64,000 nucleotides of DNA from Bacilli bacterium (GTDB lineage Bacteria > Bacillota_I > Bacilli_A > RFN20 > CAG-826): the NCBI GenBank assembly GCA_017940265.1, contig JAGAYY010000031.1, positions 9,151-73,150 on the forward strand, given 5' to 3'. Positions 62,897 to 64,000 of the stretch are shown one piece after another. Position 1 is the stretch's first letter; each line of letters starts with the position of its first letter. The position numbers were made by a program, and so were the translations under genes. The notes under the pieces were generated by a model that searched no databases, was not told where the DNA came from, and was given only the letters and a program-made list of their open reading frames with translations.

Positions 62897-64000
62897 TTAT
62901 ACCCCACGTAAATAATCAAAAGTAATTTCGTTAACTATTCGATATGCGTTATATTTTCCATCCGCTGTGCAAACATAAAAATCAGTAGGACTTTCAAAAA
63001 CAATATATCCTAACGAATTTTCAAATTTATAAATATTGTAGGAATTTTCTACTTCAGGAAAAAACACATCACCTAGGTCTTCAAAAATCATGTCTCTCAT
63101 GCTACTGATGTTTTTAAAATCGTTAGTGACAATGTTACCGCTAGACATATCTACAGCTTTCATGCCGAGTAACGCATGCCACATAAAGCTATTGCCATAT
63201 GGCAAGCCAAAGGAAGGAAGGCTGGTGTTAACTGTAGCGTATTCGCCATTAATACTTAGCCAGCCATCAACATTCGTATTAATCGTATATTTCTGTTCGT
63301 TAGTGACTATTGTTAAGCTTTTAGTTCCAGTTCCATCCCTTAAATCTGGATTATTAAACAAAATTTTCGTCGAGTTTAAATATTGATAAACACGATGAAA
63401 TTCTGAAGCGGCTACACTGTAATAATATTCATCAAGAATATCCAAACGTGGGCTTATTGATCCATGAGTTATGCCAGATATGACCATCGTTATATCTTCT
63501 TCTTTTAAATCTTTTATCCATGAATAATAATCTTTCAAGTCTATACTTTCTTTGCGTTCGCTTGGATTATAAGAATAGAAGGCTAGAACGCTTAAAGAAT
63601 TATAACTAGCAGGATTAATGCCATAAATTCTAGTTCCTACTGGATAGTCAGTAAGATAATCAAACGTTCCATCGCGATTGATACAGTTTGTTGTCAAATA
63701 GTTTCCTGGCGTTATAGAAGAATCTAAAATCCTTAAACTTTTCCCACCGCCAGGATTTTCAGCTACTTCAAATTCAAAAATACGGCCATGGGTGACTTTA
63801 ACGTCCACTATTTCTCCATCTAATGCTACAGTAGCTGGATAGGTTTCTCTAATTAACCATTCACCTTTATAACTAACTTCAACATAATCGCCAGCGGCTA
63901 AATAATCTATGTTGTAGTCTTTGTAGTTAAAAGGAATAATCATATCGCCAAATAATAAAGTTGTTTTCCCTTGCACGTGTAAGCCATAATCGACATTGAT
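62897..64000 (-). CDS. Paralog of lipoprotein 55125..55721 with an extra ~220-aa C-terminal domain (5' end off the window)
   Basis: The frame stays open to base 64000 (INVDYGLHVQGKTTLLFGDM...). The first ~140 aa align with the 55125 lipoprotein. The C-terminal domain is unrecognised. Confidence 0.7.
   Translation of the reverse strand: MNVDYGLHVQGKTTLLFGDMIIPFNYKDYNIDYLAAGDYVEVSYKGEWLIRETYPATVALDGEIVDVKVTHGRIFEFEVAENPGGGKSLRILDSSITPGNYLTTNCINRDGTFDYLTDYPVGTRIYGINPASYNSLSVLAFYSYNPSERKESIDLKDYYSWIKDLKEEDITMVISGITHGSISPRLDILDEYYYSVAASEFHRVYQYLNSTKILFNNPDLRDGTGTKSLTIVTNEQKYTINTNVDGWLSINGEYATVNTSLPSFGLPYGNSFMWHALLGMKAVDMSSGNIVTNDFKNISSMRDMIFEDLGDVFFPEVENSYNIYKFENSLGYIVFESPTDFYVCTADGKYNAYRIVNEITFDYLRGV

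Noticed and set aside
1-64000. A search for CRISPR arrays, rRNA operons, intact tRNAs and recognisable defence systems (RM, Abi, CBASS, retron and similar).
   Set aside because: I found no regularly spaced direct repeats, no rRNA-like conserved blocks, and no foldable full cloverleaf, only the two 3'-end fragments. No defence-type domain architecture is present apart from the solitary MazF-like gene.

Overview
This is a low-GC chromosome segment that uses the standard genetic code: long ORFs are intact with TGA as stop and TGG for Trp. It looks Firmicutes- or Mollicutes-like. Supporting signs are a ClpB without its N-domain under a CIRCE operator, a fused SecDF, an L27 pro-peptide with its Prp protease, many lipoproteins, and no cell-wall genes in view. 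An Acholeplasma-type organism is only a guess.

Bases 1-2472 carry plus-strand yqeH-yhbY-nadD/yqeK. From 2.8 to 42.3 kb there is an almost unbroken run of minus-strand housekeeping genes: deoB, xer, dinB, xseBA-nusB-asp23, tkt, aspS-hisS-relA, an ABC exporter pair, recJ, secDF, ruvAB, nadE, obg, rplU-prp-rpmA with leader, radC, valS with T-box, engB-lon-tig and rarA.

The two blocks converge on a 362-bp gap holding a textbook 11-6-11 dif site flanked by DnaA-box-like 9-mers. A solitary long MazF/PemK-fold gene sits beside it. The window therefore most likely spans the replication terminus.

The 42-50 kb stretch has mixed orientation. It holds an atypical membrane GGDEF protein, a GAF protein, hemolysin-III, and an MscS channel next to a tandem RimK-type ATP-grasp pair.

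The 50-64 kb stretch is accessory and surface-oriented. It contains a 958-aa orphan secreted protein, a PTP-like lipoprotein, an endonuclease-I surface nuclease and paralogous lipoproteins. It also has a cassette bracketed by two copies of a tRNA-3'-end-like repeat, beside a phased triple direct repeat.

A decayed IS200/IS605 TnpB 3' fragment with right-end hairpins lies between engB and the valS T-box.

I could support no intact rRNA gene, tRNA gene or CRISPR array. No known defence system is recognisable. The best candidates for something new are the ATP-grasp/MscS cluster, the dif-adjacent MazF-like gene, the variant GGDEF protein and the att-like cassette.
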